This document shows, piece after piece, positions 47,031-56,846 of a stretch of 64,000 nt of DNA. The first letter of the stretch is position 1; the number at the start of each line of letters is the position of its first letter. Location: assembly GCA_040388095.1 (NCBI GenBank), contig JAZKCM010000001.1, positions 7,206-71,205 of the forward strand, written 5' to 3'. Source of the stretch: Patescibacteria group bacterium. GTDB lineage: Bacteria; Patescibacteriota; Minisyncoccia; Phycocordibacterales; UBA9973. The notes beneath the pieces are model-generated. The model ran no database searches and was not told where the DNA came from. It saw nothing but the letters and a program-made list of their open reading frames with translations. The position numbers were made by a program, and so were the translations under genes.

Positions 47031-47855
47031 CTAAGAATTCATTAATTTTTTTATTGCGGGTTCTAATTTTACAGCATGACCAGAACCATATAATACAAAT
47101 AGTTTATTATATTTTTTTAATCCTTCAGAAATTCTTTTAAATATATATCTATCTCTAAAACTTGAGTTAGTACTAGCGATTTGATTAATTTTTGTAATTT
47201 CTTTGTTTTCCCATGGTATAGGATTAACTTGGGAATTATATTTTTCTTCATTTTCCAAATCTAAACTTGCTATAACATTCTCTTCAAAATTTTTAATTTC
47301 TATTAATTTCCAGCCACTATATTCTTCAAATTCTTTTATATAAGGAATAAGATATTTTTTACATTCTGAAATACTTCTTTCTTTAAAATGTCTTTGATAT
47401 TGATCAATCGTTCTGTATATAAAATAAGTAAAGATGTCTTCTTTTGTGAAACCATTATCAACAAGGTAATCTATTTCTTTTCTAAAAGAAGGCTCAGGCG
47501 ATTCAAAATCTATATCGGCATCTATGGCCAATTTTAAAATAAAGTGAGGTTCACCTTTCAGTTTTAATTCATTTATGGATTTATTTTTTATAACCTCATA
47601 CACATAGTCTCTTTTAGTATTTAGAGATTCCCAACCTTCTACATAAACGATATCTGGTTTTATTTCTTTAAATTTTTTCTCTATATCTATAAATAAAGGA
47701 TCTTCCGGTTTATTTGTGTGTGCTGTTCCAAAAAATAATATTTCCTTGTCTTTATTTTTATAATGAAAAACATAAGATCTCCCATTATTTGGGTTTTTAG
47801 CAAAAGGATGATCTCTATATTGTTTATTTGTTAAGATTAGATCTTCTAATTCCAT
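47031..47855 (-). CDS. hypothetical protein (possible TraB/GumN-like fold)
   Basis: FFGTAHTN near the N-terminus and LYGSGHAV near the C-terminus resemble the paired GxxH motifs of TraB/GumN proteins. The support is weak. Confidence 0.4.
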   Translation of the reverse strand: MELEDLILTNKQYRDHPFAKNPNNGRSYVFHYKNKDKEILFFGTAHTNKPEDPLFIDIEKKFKEIKPDIVYVEGWESLNTKRDYVYEVIKNKSINELKLKGEPHFILKLAIDADIDFESPEPSFRKEIDYLVDNGFTKEDIFTYFIYRTIDQYQRHFKERSISECKKYLIPYIKEFEEYSGWKLIEIKNFEENVIASLDLENEEKYNSQVNPIPWENKEITKINQIASTNSSFRDRYIFKRISEGLKKYNKLFVLYGSGHAVKLEPAIKKLMNS

Positions 47856-47858
47856 ATT

Positions 47859-48809
47859 TTAGTAGATTTTCACGCCAATCTTCTCTCTTACTTCTTCCAT
47901 TTTCTTTGAAGCAACAGCTTTTGCTTTTAAAGAGCCATTTTTAAGAATTTCTAAAGCTTTTGGAATATCTTTTTCTAATTCTTTTCTTTTTTCACGAAGT
48001 GGAGCGATAAATTTCTCAAGATCTTCAATAAGGATTTCTTTTAAAGCTTTGTACTTCCCTTCATTTTCTTTATAAATATCTTTCAATTCAGCTTCTGGGC
48101 GAACGAGTTTGTGTATCTCATAAATATTTTTAGGAATGCCTGCGCCAGAATCTGTTACGATACTCATAACGCATTTTTGTATTTCTTCGTATTCAGCAAA
48201 AAGGGGAATCGTGTTTTTATAACTCTTGGACATTTTTTGTCCATCAACACCAGGCACTGTCGCGACTTCTTTCATTATCTTGTGCTGTGGAAGTTTGAAA
48301 GTTTCTCCGAAAGCATTATTGAATTTCTCAGCAACATCGCGAGTGATCTCGACATGTTGCTGTTGATCCGCTCCAACAGGCACTATGTCTGGACTATAAA
48401 GCAAAATATCAGCAGCCATAAGCATCGGGTAATTAAATGTTCCTACGACAATATCTTTATTCTTCGCTTCTGCGTCTTTGAAAGCGTGAGCGCGCATAAG
48501 GTATGGCATAGTCGTAATCGTGTCGAAAATCCAGCAGAGTTCGGTGTGTTCGGAAATATCTGATTGTTTAAATAGAGTCACTTTTTCTGGATCAAGACCA
48601 ATTGCAAGATAGTCGAGTAAAACACCAACTATATTTTCATTCATTTCTTTTGCATTGTGAATGAAATTGAGTGCATGGTAGTCAGCGATCATAATATACG
48701 CTTCATATTCATCCTGCAGATCTACGAACTGCTTCATCGCGCCGAAATAATTGCCGATATGGGGAGCTCCAGTAGGCTTTACGCCAGATAATAATACTTT
48801 TTTAGACAT
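47859..48809 (-). CDS. trpS: tryptophan--tRNA ligase
   Basis: SGVKPTGAPHIGNYFGA (HIGH-type) and GQKMSKS. Confidence 0.93.
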   Translation of the reverse strand: MSKKVLLSGVKPTGAPHIGNYFGAMKQFVDLQDEYEAYIMIADYHALNFIHNAKEMNENIVGVLLDYLAIGLDPEKVTLFKQSDISEHTELCWIFDTITTMPYLMRAHAFKDAEAKNKDIVVGTFNYPMLMAADILLYSPDIVPVGADQQQHVEITRDVAEKFNNAFGETFKLPQHKIMKEVATVPGVDGQKMSKSYKNTIPLFAEYEEIQKCVMSIVTDSGAGIPKNIYEIHKLVRPEAELKDIYKENEGKYKALKEILIEDLEKFIAPLREKRKELEKDIPKALEILKNGSLKAKAVASKKMEEVREKIGVKIY

Positions 48810-48922
48810 GAGAATATAATATCATACTTCATTATATTCAGCACAGGCATTTTTCCTGATTAATAACAGGTTATCTACATTTTTGATTTTGAGGGTTTTT
48901 GAGATATGTTAAAATGCATTAC

Positions 48923-50314
48923 ATGTCCAAAGCAAAAAGAAATGAAATTCGCATCCCTCCACAGAGCATCGATTCAGAAAAAGCTGTTCTCGGTTCTATT
49001 CTTTTGCGCAAAGATGCACTCAATGAAATCGAAGATGCTATCAATGGAGATTCTTTTTATGTAGAGAAACATAAAATTCTTTTTGAAACAATGCTCGAGC
49101 TCGTATCACGAAATGAACCTATAGATATGCTCTCACTTTCTACAAAACTTTCTGAAAAGAAAATGCTTGAAGCTGTCGGCGGAAATAAATATATTGCAGA
49201 TATCGTAAACAGTGTTCCTTCTTCGACCAATGCTCGCTATTATGCAGAAATCGTGCAGAAGAAATATATTTTACGTTCACTCATCGATTCCGCTGACTAT
49301 ATATCTGAGCTCGCTTTCGATGAGAACGACGAACATATGGACGAAATCCTCGACCAAGCAGAAAAAAGAATTTTCAGTGTTGTCTCTTCACCGAAGAATC
49401 AGAAATTCGTTGCTTTGAAAGATGCACTGCCGGAAGCGTGGGAGCGATTGGAAAAATTGCATGAGCATAAAGGTATGCTCCGCGGATTGCCGACTGGTTT
49501 CAAAGATCTCGATGCTATTTTGTCTGGTCTTCAGAAACAAGACTTGATCATTCTTGCTGCGCGTCCTTCCGTCGGTAAGACTACACTCGCCCTCGACATC
49601 GCCCGTATGGCAGCGACGCTCCACGGTAAATCTGTCGGAATATTTTCTCTTGAAATGTCCACACAACAACTCATCGATAGAATGCTCTCTGCAGAATCCA
49701 AAGTGAATGCTTGGAAACTTCGTACTGGAGGCATTTCGACTGACAATGAATTCTCTCTCCTTCGCGATTCTATTGATCGTCTTTCAAAAGCGCAGATCCA
49801 TATTGATGATAAATCTGCAAACACGATCGTCGGTATGAAAGCTGCAGCACGCAGACTCAAAGCAGAAAAAGGTCTTGATCTCATCGTTGTCGACTACTTG
49901 CAACTTATGTCCACTTCGAAAAGTTATGACAATATGGTCAACCAAGTAACCGAAATCTCTCGCTCACTCAAAGCCCTAGCAAAAGAGCTCGATGTACCAG
50001 TGCTCGCCCTTTCACAGCTCTCTCGTGCTGTCGAAGCTCGTGGAGGCAAGCCTCGCCTTTCCGACCTTCGTGACTCAGGATCTATCGAACAAGACGCCGA
50101 CGTTGTTATGTTCATCCACCGCGAAGATAAAGGAAAGGATGAATCAGAACGCACCAACATCGCTGAAATCTTGATCGAAAAGCATCGTAACGGACCGACT
50201 GGAAAGATAGATCTCTACTTTGATGACAAGACAAGCTCATTCCTCAACCTCGAAAAGAGTAACTTAAGTGAATTTTCTAGTACAAAAACTGATAGTGCAC
50301 TCGATGAATTTTAA
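48923..50314 (+). CDS. dnaB: replicative DNA helicase DnaB
   Basis: IPPQSIDSEKAVLGSILL, Walker A AARPSVGKTT, SLEMS, QLSRAVE and an Arg finger region. The start is ambiguous (48914 or 48923; the track's 48899 is a TTG). No intein is present. Confidence 0.92.
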   Translation: MSKAKRNEIRIPPQSIDSEKAVLGSILLRKDALNEIEDAINGDSFYVEKHKILFETMLELVSRNEPIDMLSLSTKLSEKKMLEAVGGNKYIADIVNSVPSSTNARYYAEIVQKKYILRSLIDSADYISELAFDENDEHMDEILDQAEKRIFSVVSSPKNQKFVALKDALPEAWERLEKLHEHKGMLRGLPTGFKDLDAILSGLQKQDLIILAARPSVGKTTLALDIARMAATLHGKSVGIFSLEMSTQQLIDRMLSAESKVNAWKLRTGGISTDNEFSLLRDSIDRLSKAQIHIDDKSANTIVGMKAAARRLKAEKGLDLIVVDYLQLMSTSKSYDNMVNQVTEISRSLKALAKELDVPVLALSQLSRAVEARGGKPRLSDLRDSGSIEQDADVVMFIHREDKGKDESERTNIAEILIEKHRNGPTGKIDLYFDDKTSSFLNLEKSNLSEFSSTKTDSALDEF

Positions 50315-50319
50315 ATAAA

Positions 50320-50931
50320 ATGGATAGCATAGAAAAATTAGCAGAATATTTTAAAGAATTTCCCGGGATCGGAGAAAGACAGGCAAAAAGATTTGTTTAT
50401 TTTTTAATGTCTCGTAATTCACAATATTCCGATAATCTTTCAAAGCTTATTATCGACTTAAAAAAAGAAATTGCGCAATGCAAAGAGTGTTTTAGATTTT
50501 TTAATACAGGAATGAGAAATACGAGTATGATCTGTGACCTTTGTAGCGACCCAAAAAGAGATAAATCTACATTAATTGTTGTTGAAAAAGATTCTGATTT
50601 GGAAAGCGTACGGAAAAGCAGACTCTACAATGGTATGTATTTTGTTTTAGGTGGACTTGTGCCGATCATTGAGAAAAATACTCCGACAAAAGTGCGTCTC
50701 AATGAACTCAAAGAAAAAATAAAAAGTGGTGCTTTTACTGAAATCATTCTCGCCTTTTCTATCTCTCCCCAAGGCGACCATACGGATTTTTATATCCGAA
50801 GCCAAATTAAAGATATTTGTGAACCTGCAAATATAAAAATATCTTCTCTTGGCCGAGGTCTCTCAACTGGTACAGAAATAGAATACTCTGACAACGAAAC
50901 CATCAAGAACGCTCTAAAAAATAGGCAATAA
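50320..50931 (+). CDS. recR: recombination protein RecR
   Basis: FPGIGERQAKRF (HhH), C4 zinc finger CKECFRF...CDLCSD, Toprim VVEKDSD. Confidence 0.9.
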   Translation: MDSIEKLAEYFKEFPGIGERQAKRFVYFLMSRNSQYSDNLSKLIIDLKKEIAQCKECFRFFNTGMRNTSMICDLCSDPKRDKSTLIVVEKDSDLESVRKSRLYNGMYFVLGGLVPIIEKNTPTKVRLNELKEKIKSGAFTEIILAFSISPQGDHTDFYIRSQIKDICEPANIKISSLGRGLSTGTEIEYSDNETIKNALKNRQ

Positions 50932-50959
50932 AAAATCCCTCATTGCTGAAGGATTTTTT
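50931..50959. terminator. probable bidirectional terminator between recR and rplU
   Basis: AAAAATCCctcattgctgaaGGATTTTT is an A/U-rich stem, so it is weaker than the other terminators called here. Confidence 0.4.
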
Positions 50960-51275
50960 AACTTATTGAGAGGATTTTAACTTTAAAGAATGGCTGGCGG
51001 TGACCGTTGCGGCGGAGGTAGCGGGATTTTTGCTTATATTTAACAACGAGGATTTTGCGTGCACGGCCGATTTCTGAGATTTCGCCTTCCACTTTCGCGC
51101 CATCGATAAAAGGCATACCGATAGTCGTATCTTTGCCGTTGTCGACAAGGAGAACTTTATCAAAAGAGACTTTGTCCCCTTTTGTAAATTCACCCTTTAT
51201 TTTCTCGATAGAAACAGTGTCGCCTTTGGCAACTTTGTACTGCTTCCCGCCTGTTTTTATGACTGCGAATTCCAT
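50958..51275 (-). CDS. rplU: 50S ribosomal protein L21
   Basis: MEFAVIKTGGKQYKVAKGDTV...KVLLV...KQKSRYLRRNGHRQPFFKVKI. Confidence 0.93.
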   Translation of the reverse strand: MEFAVIKTGGKQYKVAKGDTVSIEKIKGEFTKGDKVSFDKVLLVDNGKDTTIGMPFIDGAKVEGEISEIGRARKILVVKYKQKSRYLRRNGHRQPFFKVKILSIS

Positions 51276-51356
51276 AAGGACAATATTATACTAAAAGCCC
51301 AGTAAATGCAAGCCCTTTTATTTGGCGATAGAAACGAGCAATGATATAATCAAATT

Positions 51357-52268
51357 ATGATTTCAAAATATCGTTATAACAACGTCGATTGGATCGATGT
51401 CCAATCTCCAACAAAAGAAGAAGTGTACTCATTAGTCGAAGAATACTCAATTCCGGCAATAATCACAGAAGAATTAATAACAGAAACAGTGCGTTCAAAA
51501 GTCGATTTATATGAGAATCTTATATATCTTGTACTTCATTTTCCTGTTACTCGCATAAAAAATCAAGACCAGAGCGAGCAAGAGATAGACTTCATCGTCG
51601 GGAAAAATTTCCTTATCACTATCCATTATGAGCTCATTAACCCGCTCCACGAATTCTTCAAAAAGTTTGAAGTACGTGCATTGCTTAATAAAAAAGGTAA
51701 AGACGAGCACGCAGGACACCTCTTCTATCACATCATCAAAGAGCTTTATAGAAATGTGAATCAGAATTTAGAGACGATTAATCCAGAATTGAAAAAAATC
51801 GAGAGAAATATTTTTGAAGGAAAAGAAAAAGATACAGTGAAAATCATTTCTGAAGTAAACAGGAAGCTCCTGAACTTCAAACAAGCAATGCGTCACCACT
51901 ATGAAGCGCTCAAATCTTTCGAATCAGCCGGTAAGAAATTCTTTGAACCAGAATTCTCTTTCCAACTCGAAGCAATCATCGGTGAATATAATAAAATAAA
52001 AAATGCGATGGATTCTCATAAAGAAATCATCACGGATCTGCGTGAGACCAATGACTCTCTCCTCGCCAACAAGACCAATGAAACAATGAAAATCCTTACG
52101 ATTATTACTTTTATGATTTCTCCTGTGACTGTTATCTCAAGTATTTTTATGATGAATACTGACTTCGTGCTTATCCAAGGTATCAGTGAATTTTATATCG
52201 TGCTCGGTGCGATGATTCTGACGAGTATCATTACCTTTATTTTCTTTAAAACAAAAAAATGGCTTTAA
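51357..52268 (+). CDS. corA: CorA-family divalent cation transporter with MMN in place of GMN
   Basis: CorA architecture: a cytoplasmic funnel domain, two C-terminal TM helices, and a tail ending KTKKWL. The loop signature reads SSIFMMNTDF (52149-52157) where YGMNF is expected. Confidence 0.8.
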   Translation: MISKYRYNNVDWIDVQSPTKEEVYSLVEEYSIPAIITEELITETVRSKVDLYENLIYLVLHFPVTRIKNQDQSEQEIDFIVGKNFLITIHYELINPLHEFFKKFEVRALLNKKGKDEHAGHLFYHIIKELYRNVNQNLETINPELKKIERNIFEGKEKDTVKIISEVNRKLLNFKQAMRHHYEALKSFESAGKKFFEPEFSFQLEAIIGEYNKIKNAMDSHKEIITDLRETNDSLLANKTNETMKILTIITFMISPVTVISSIFMMNTDFVLIQGISEFYIVLGAMILTSIITFIFFKTKKWL

Positions 52269-53647
52269 GATTTTACAACACCCTCACTCGAGAAAAAGAA
52301 GAATTCAAGCCGATCGATCCTATGCAAGTCGGTTTTTATTCTTGCGGACCAACAGTTTATAATTACGCACATATCGGCAATCTCCGAGCGTATGTATTCG
52401 CCGATCTCGTCCAAAAAATGCTTGAAATAGAAGGTTACAAAGTAAAACGAGTTATGAATATCACTGATATCGGCCATTTGACGAGTGATGCAGATGACGG
52501 CGATGACAAGATGGTCAAAGGTCTCAAACGTGAAGGAAAACCTTTTACATTAGAAGCAATGAAAGAAATGGCAGTCTTTTATAAAGACAGATTTATGGAA
52601 GATTTTACTGCACTCAACATAAAATCCCCAGACGTTATACCTTTCGCAAGTGAGCATATTGCTGAAGATGTGGAAATGATAGAAAAACTTTTAGAAAAAG
52701 GTTTTGCATACAAGACAAGCGATGGTATTTATTTCGAAATAGCAAAATTCCCAGATTATTGGGTGATGTCTGGAAGATCTGAAAATCAAGAAGAAGAAAG
52801 TGAATCAAGAATTGGCATAAATGCTGAAAAGAAAAATCCTACAGACTTCGCTATTTGGAAATTCTCAAAAGAAGGTGAGCTCGGCTACGACACAACTATC
52901 GGCAAAGGCTTCCCTGGCTGGCACATAGAATGTTCAGCAATGAGTATAAAATATCTCGGTGAACAATTCGACATACACACAGGCGGTGTCGACCACATCA
53001 CTGTGCACCATCCAAACGAAATTGCTCAATCAGAAGCTTACACAGGCAAGAAGCCATTTGTAAAATTCTGGATGCACAATGAACATGTGAATATCAACGA
53101 TTCAAAAATGGCAAAATCTGGAGATAATTTCATCACTATGCAGACGCTCGTCGAGAAAAACATCAACCCTATCGCCTATCGTCTTTGGCTTCTTATGGCT
53201 CATTATCGCACGCAAATGAATTTCAACTGGGAAGCACTGGAAGGTGCAGAAATAGCGTTAAAACGCCTCTATAGCACTTATAACAGCCTTAAAGAAGAAG
53301 CTGGTGAGGTGTCAGAAGAATACAAAATGAAATTCCTCGAATACTTGGAAAATGATCTCGACACTCCTCGTGCTTTGACTGTGCTTTGGGATTTATTAAA
53401 AGATGAAAGCATCATAGATTCTGTAAAGAAAGCGACATTACTTTATTTCGATCGAGTATTCAGCTTTGGTTTAGAAAATTTGAAAGAAGAAAAAATACCG
53501 AACGAAATCATCCAGCTCGCCGAAGAACGCGAACTCGCCCGCCAAAATAAAGATTTCAAAAAGTCAGACGAACTCCGAGAAAAAATAAACTCACTCGGCT
53601 ACGAAGTGAAAGATATAGCTGAAGGATATAAGGTAAATAAGATTTAG
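52259..53647 (+). CDS. cysS: cysteine--tRNA ligase
   Basis: [18 protein letters not shown] (HIGH), [17 protein letters not shown] (KMSKS). Overlaps the corA stop by 10 nt. Confidence 0.93.
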   Translation: MALRFYNTLTREKEEFKPIDPMQVGFYSCGPTVYNYAHIGNLRAYVFADLVQKMLEIEGYKVKRVMNITDIGHLTSDADDGDDKMVKGLKREGKPFTLEAMKEMAVFYKDRFMEDFTALNIKSPDVIPFASEHIAEDVEMIEKLLEKGFAYKTSDGIYFEIAKFPDYWVMSGRSENQEEESESRIGINAEKKNPTDFAIWKFSKEGELGYDTTIGKGFPGWHIECSAMSIKYLGEQFDIHTGGVDHITVHHPNEIAQSEAYTGKKPFVKFWMHNEHVNINDSKMAKSGDNFITMQTLVEKNINPIAYRLWLLMAHYRTQMNFNWEALEGAEIALKRLYSTYNSLKEEAGEVSEEYKMKFLEYLENDLDTPRALTVLWDLLKDESIIDSVKKATLLYFDRVFSFGLENLKEEKIPNEIIQLAEERELARQNKDFKKSDELREKINSLGYEVKDIAEGYKVNKI

Positions 53648-54657
53648 TTTAATTTAGACAAAAGACCCATACAATCCTTATTATTCCTTACGATAAACAC
53701 TTGAGATTTATTTCTATAGCTTTCAACCATACTCAGAATTTTGTTTTTAGGATAATTTATTATATATCGAACTAACTCAAGATCAAATTTTTCCTTTATA
53801 CCTTCTGTTTTATCGAAAGGTTGTTTTCTGTTAAAAACACGAATAAATGCTCTCCAAACTGCTCGCCATTTTGGTATATCAAAATAAATTATAGTATCCG
53901 CTCTTTCGAGACGAATTTCTACAGTACTTCGATAATTACCATCAATTATCCATTGATCTTGTTTTACTAATTCCTTAATAAAATTATTCCAATCTTCTTT
54001 GACTGGATATTTTGCCTTCCAATCACTGGTCCAATATTCTTTATCTAAATGAATAATAGGACGATTAAGTTTTTTACCAAGTTTATTGGCAAATGTTGAT
54101 TTGCCAGATCCAGAAATCCCTATAATTGCAATACGGTTTAATTTCGATTTACTATATAATAAAAAAGACTTTTGTATGGATTCTTTAAATAAATCTTCTC
54201 TATCTATTAATTTTTTTACTAAATGATATTCGGCATCATCTTTAGATAAATTATTTTGATATTGCCTTATAACAACACCGAATTCTTTAAATTTTTCAAT
54301 TTCATTAGAAACCTTTAAAGGTAAAGGTAATTTGCTACTTATTCCTAAATAATAATTACCATCTTTTGTGTATATAGCTGTAACACAGACTAAATTATAA
54401 ATTCCATTAATTTTTGATAAACCACCTTCCATACCAAAAGATAAATCAACATTTTGTTCTACAAAGAAACTATTTTTTGCTCGATTTCTAGCACCCTGAA
54501 TTGTTTCTTCTTCTGTTAATGGTTGCTCAGAGATACCAGAATTAACATCATTACAGATTATATCTACAATATCATTATATTTTATTTCCTTTAAAAGAAT
54601 ATTTTTTTTATTGATAGATTTTGAACCTAATGATATTTTCATTTTAAATAATTCCAA
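53644..54657 (-). CDS. fusion protein: YjjX/DUF84-type inosine/xanthosine triphosphatase + FlaR-like ('topology modulation') P-loop kinase-fold domain
   Basis: The N-terminal half has SGISEQPLTEEETIQGARNRAKN and FGMEGGL (compare E. coli YjjX [20 protein letters not shown], IEAGI). The C-terminal half has RIAIIGISGSGKSTFANKLGKKLNRPIIHLDKEYW...WIIDGNY (P-loop around 54101-54121). Confidence 0.7.
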   Translation of the reverse strand: MELFKMKISLGSKSINKKNILLKEIKYNDIVDIICNDVNSGISEQPLTEEETIQGARNRAKNSFFVEQNVDLSFGMEGGLSKINGIYNLVCVTAIYTKDGNYYLGISSKLPLPLKVSNEIEKFKEFGVVIRQYQNNLSKDDAEYHLVKKLIDREDLFKESIQKSFLLYSKSKLNRIAIIGISGSGKSTFANKLGKKLNRPIIHLDKEYWTSDWKAKYPVKEDWNNFIKELVKQDQWIIDGNYRSTVEIRLERADTIIYFDIPKWRAVWRAFIRVFNRKQPFDKTEGIKEKFDLELVRYIINYPKNKILSMVESYRNKSQVFIVRNNKDCMGLLSKLN

Positions 54658-54707
54658 TTGGTTCTTCTAATATAGAAAAGAATATTATGTGTTTTTTAAT
54701 AAAAAGA

Positions 54708-56408
54708 TTAAACGCTTAAAAGTTCCATCCAGAAAGTTGAACCTTTGTTTTCTCCTTCTGAATCAACACCGACTTTTCCTTTATGCCCTTCTTCGATGAT
54801 TTTCTTTGCGAGATAAAGCCCGAGCCCAGAACCACCGGCATTCATTTTTCCTCCTTCGGCACGAGCAAATTTCTGGAACAGTTTCGCTTTATTTTCTGGC
54901 GTCATACCCATACCAGTGTCTTTGATTGAAAGTTTTATTGTCTTAGTATTTTCATCTTTGGACAAAAGCACCTTGATACTTCCCTCTTTTGTATATTTGA
55001 TAGAGTTGTCGATAAAGTTTAGAATAACTTGGCGTATCTTTTCCATATCGCCATTTACCATATACGGAGTTTTACCATCTGTCTCGAAAGTAAGCTTCAA
55101 TCCTTTCTTTTCGGCAGTGACAGAAAGGTCGGTAGCGAGATCTTTTGAAGCTTTTTCAAAATCAAAAGGCTTCATTATGTATTGCATACCACCCTGCTCT
55201 ATTTTTGAAACGTTAAGCAAGTCTTCGACGACTTTCGCCAAATGCCTACTAGATTGATATACACGGTCAATCGCTTCATTTTGTTTATCGCTTATTTTTC
55301 CAAATGAACCATCTAGCAACATCGATGTATAACCAATAATAGCCGTCAAAGGACTTCGGAGTTGATGAGATGCAAGTGAAAGGAACTCTGTCTTCAACGC
55401 ATCAAGAGATTTGAGCTGTTCGTTTGCAGATTCAAGACTAATATTTGTCTCTTCAAGTTTTAGACGTAATTGTTCCAATCTTTCTCGTTGCTCTATTTCC
55501 CGTTGAACACTCTTAATAAGGAAGTAGCCAAATATAATTATAAGTAAAAGGGCTATTCCATTCAAAACCTGATTGATTGGAATTTGAATAAAAATAAATT
55601 GGGAAGCAATTAAAACAATTAATGCTGCGACCAAAGCTTGAGCACTTATCAATTTAATATTAAAAGTTTTAAACTTTATAATTGAATAAACAAGAAAGGC
55701 AATAAATATAGGCATTGCAAATAAACCAATCTGACTAATTTGCCAATCATCAGTAAAACTACTTATTATATTTCCCCATGAAAAGGAAAAGAGAAAAAAG
55801 AATATTCCTATTGTTATATATTTAAGCTGTTTTTTGAAATTTAAATCATTTGATTGGTGGTATTTTTTAACTGCTAAAATCAAGAACCAGAAAACAAACA
55901 GGAATTCAATAACATAATCATAGTAACCAAAGAATCCTTCTGTACTCAAACAACTTGTAAGGTCAAAACCAGTAAGCGTGTAATGGCTGGGTGCAAAAAT
56001 CACAACAGGCAAGTAAATTAACCCGATAACTATTTTTAAATAAAAAGGTATATCTTTTTTACAAGCTAGTAAATATATTAAATAAAATGCACCAATATAA
56101 ACTAAAGGTTCTACTAGGATTTGTAAGGACCAAACAAACATTATAACATCGCTTCTATTGGCTGCCCAAAATACAGAATCGAGTAATACCCAAATTACAA
56201 AAGAAAAAATCGTAAAAAAAAGCATTCTGTTTAATAATTGTTTTCTGGCATTTACCAAAATAAATACACCTAATATTAAAGATATAGCTACAACAGCCAA
56301 ATGAGAGTAATAGACAAGTGGGGTCACATTACTAGAAAATATTAAAAGCTTTGGGAAAACATCATTACATAAAGCTGGTAAATTCATAACAAAGATATTA
56401 TAATACAT
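54708..56408 (-). CDS. sensor histidine kinase with polytopic (7-8 TM) N-terminal sensor region
   Basis: About 300 aa of TM helices and a coiled coil. The H-box is FLSLASHQLRSPLT, the N-box is FIDNSIKYT, G1 is DTGMGM and G2 is GGSGLGL. No response regulator occurs in the window. Confidence 0.88.
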   Translation of the reverse strand: MYYNIFVMNLPALCNDVFPKLLIFSSNVTPLVYYSHLAVVAISLILGVFILVNARKQLLNRMLFFTIFSFVIWVLLDSVFWAANRSDVIMFVWSLQILVEPLVYIGAFYLIYLLACKKDIPFYLKIVIGLIYLPVVIFAPSHYTLTGFDLTSCLSTEGFFGYYDYVIEFLFVFWFLILAVKKYHQSNDLNFKKQLKYITIGIFFFLFSFSWGNIISSFTDDWQISQIGLFAMPIFIAFLVYSIIKFKTFNIKLISAQALVAALIVLIASQFIFIQIPINQVLNGIALLLIIIFGYFLIKSVQREIEQRERLEQLRLKLEETNISLESANEQLKSLDALKTEFLSLASHQLRSPLTAIIGYTSMLLDGSFGKISDKQNEAIDRVYQSSRHLAKVVEDLLNVSKIEQGGMQYIMKPFDFEKASKDLATDLSVTAEKKGLKLTFETDGKTPYMVNGDMEKIRQVILNFIDNSIKYTKEGSIKVLLSKDENTKTIKLSIKDTGMGMTPENKAKLFQKFARAEGGKMNAGGSGLGLYLAKKIIEEGHKGKVGVDSEGENKGSTFWMELLSV

Positions 56409-56447
56409 GCAGTCGTAAAAATAAAGAAAGTTTGAACAAAATTTATT

Positions 56448-56846
56448 ATGCTTTTAATTAAAACAAAAATAGGCCCTAGTAAAGTGCAAGGAATTGGATT
56501 ATTTGCTGATCAGTTTATACCAAAAGGTACGGTAACATGGCAATATACCCCTGAATATGATGCTTCTTTTACAGAAGAACAGGTTATGGCACTCCCTGAA
56601 TATTCAAAGGAACGCTTTTTTGATTATTCATATTTTGACAAAGATTTAAAAAAATATGTACTTTGTTTTGATGATTTAAGATTTATAAATCACTCATCTA
56701 AAAATTATAATATTTTATCTGAGCCTCGCAAAGACATTGCGTCAAAAGACATAGAGCAAGGTGAGGAACTGCTTTGTAATTATAACGATTACGAAGAAGG
56801 TTATTTTGAAAGGCGTAATATGGATCAATCTAGGTTGATTGATTAA
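56448..56846 (+). CDS. SET-domain protein (second copy, 132 aa, no post-SET Cys cluster)
   Basis: VQGIGLFADQFIPKGTVT, RFINHSSKNYN (NHS motif), GEELLCNYNDY (ELxxxY). Confidence 0.7.
   Translation: MLLIKTKIGPSKVQGIGLFADQFIPKGTVTWQYTPEYDASFTEEQVMALPEYSKERFFDYSYFDKDLKKYVLCFDDLRFINHSSKNYNILSEPRKDIASKDIEQGEELLCNYNDYEEGYFERRNMDQSRLID

Noticed and set aside
48871-48879. DnaA-box-like TTATCTACA upstream of dnaB (possible origin)
   Set aside because: It is a single copy with a mismatch to TTATCCACA. There is no cluster of boxes, no adjacent dnaA or dnaN, and only a 113-bp intergenic region.
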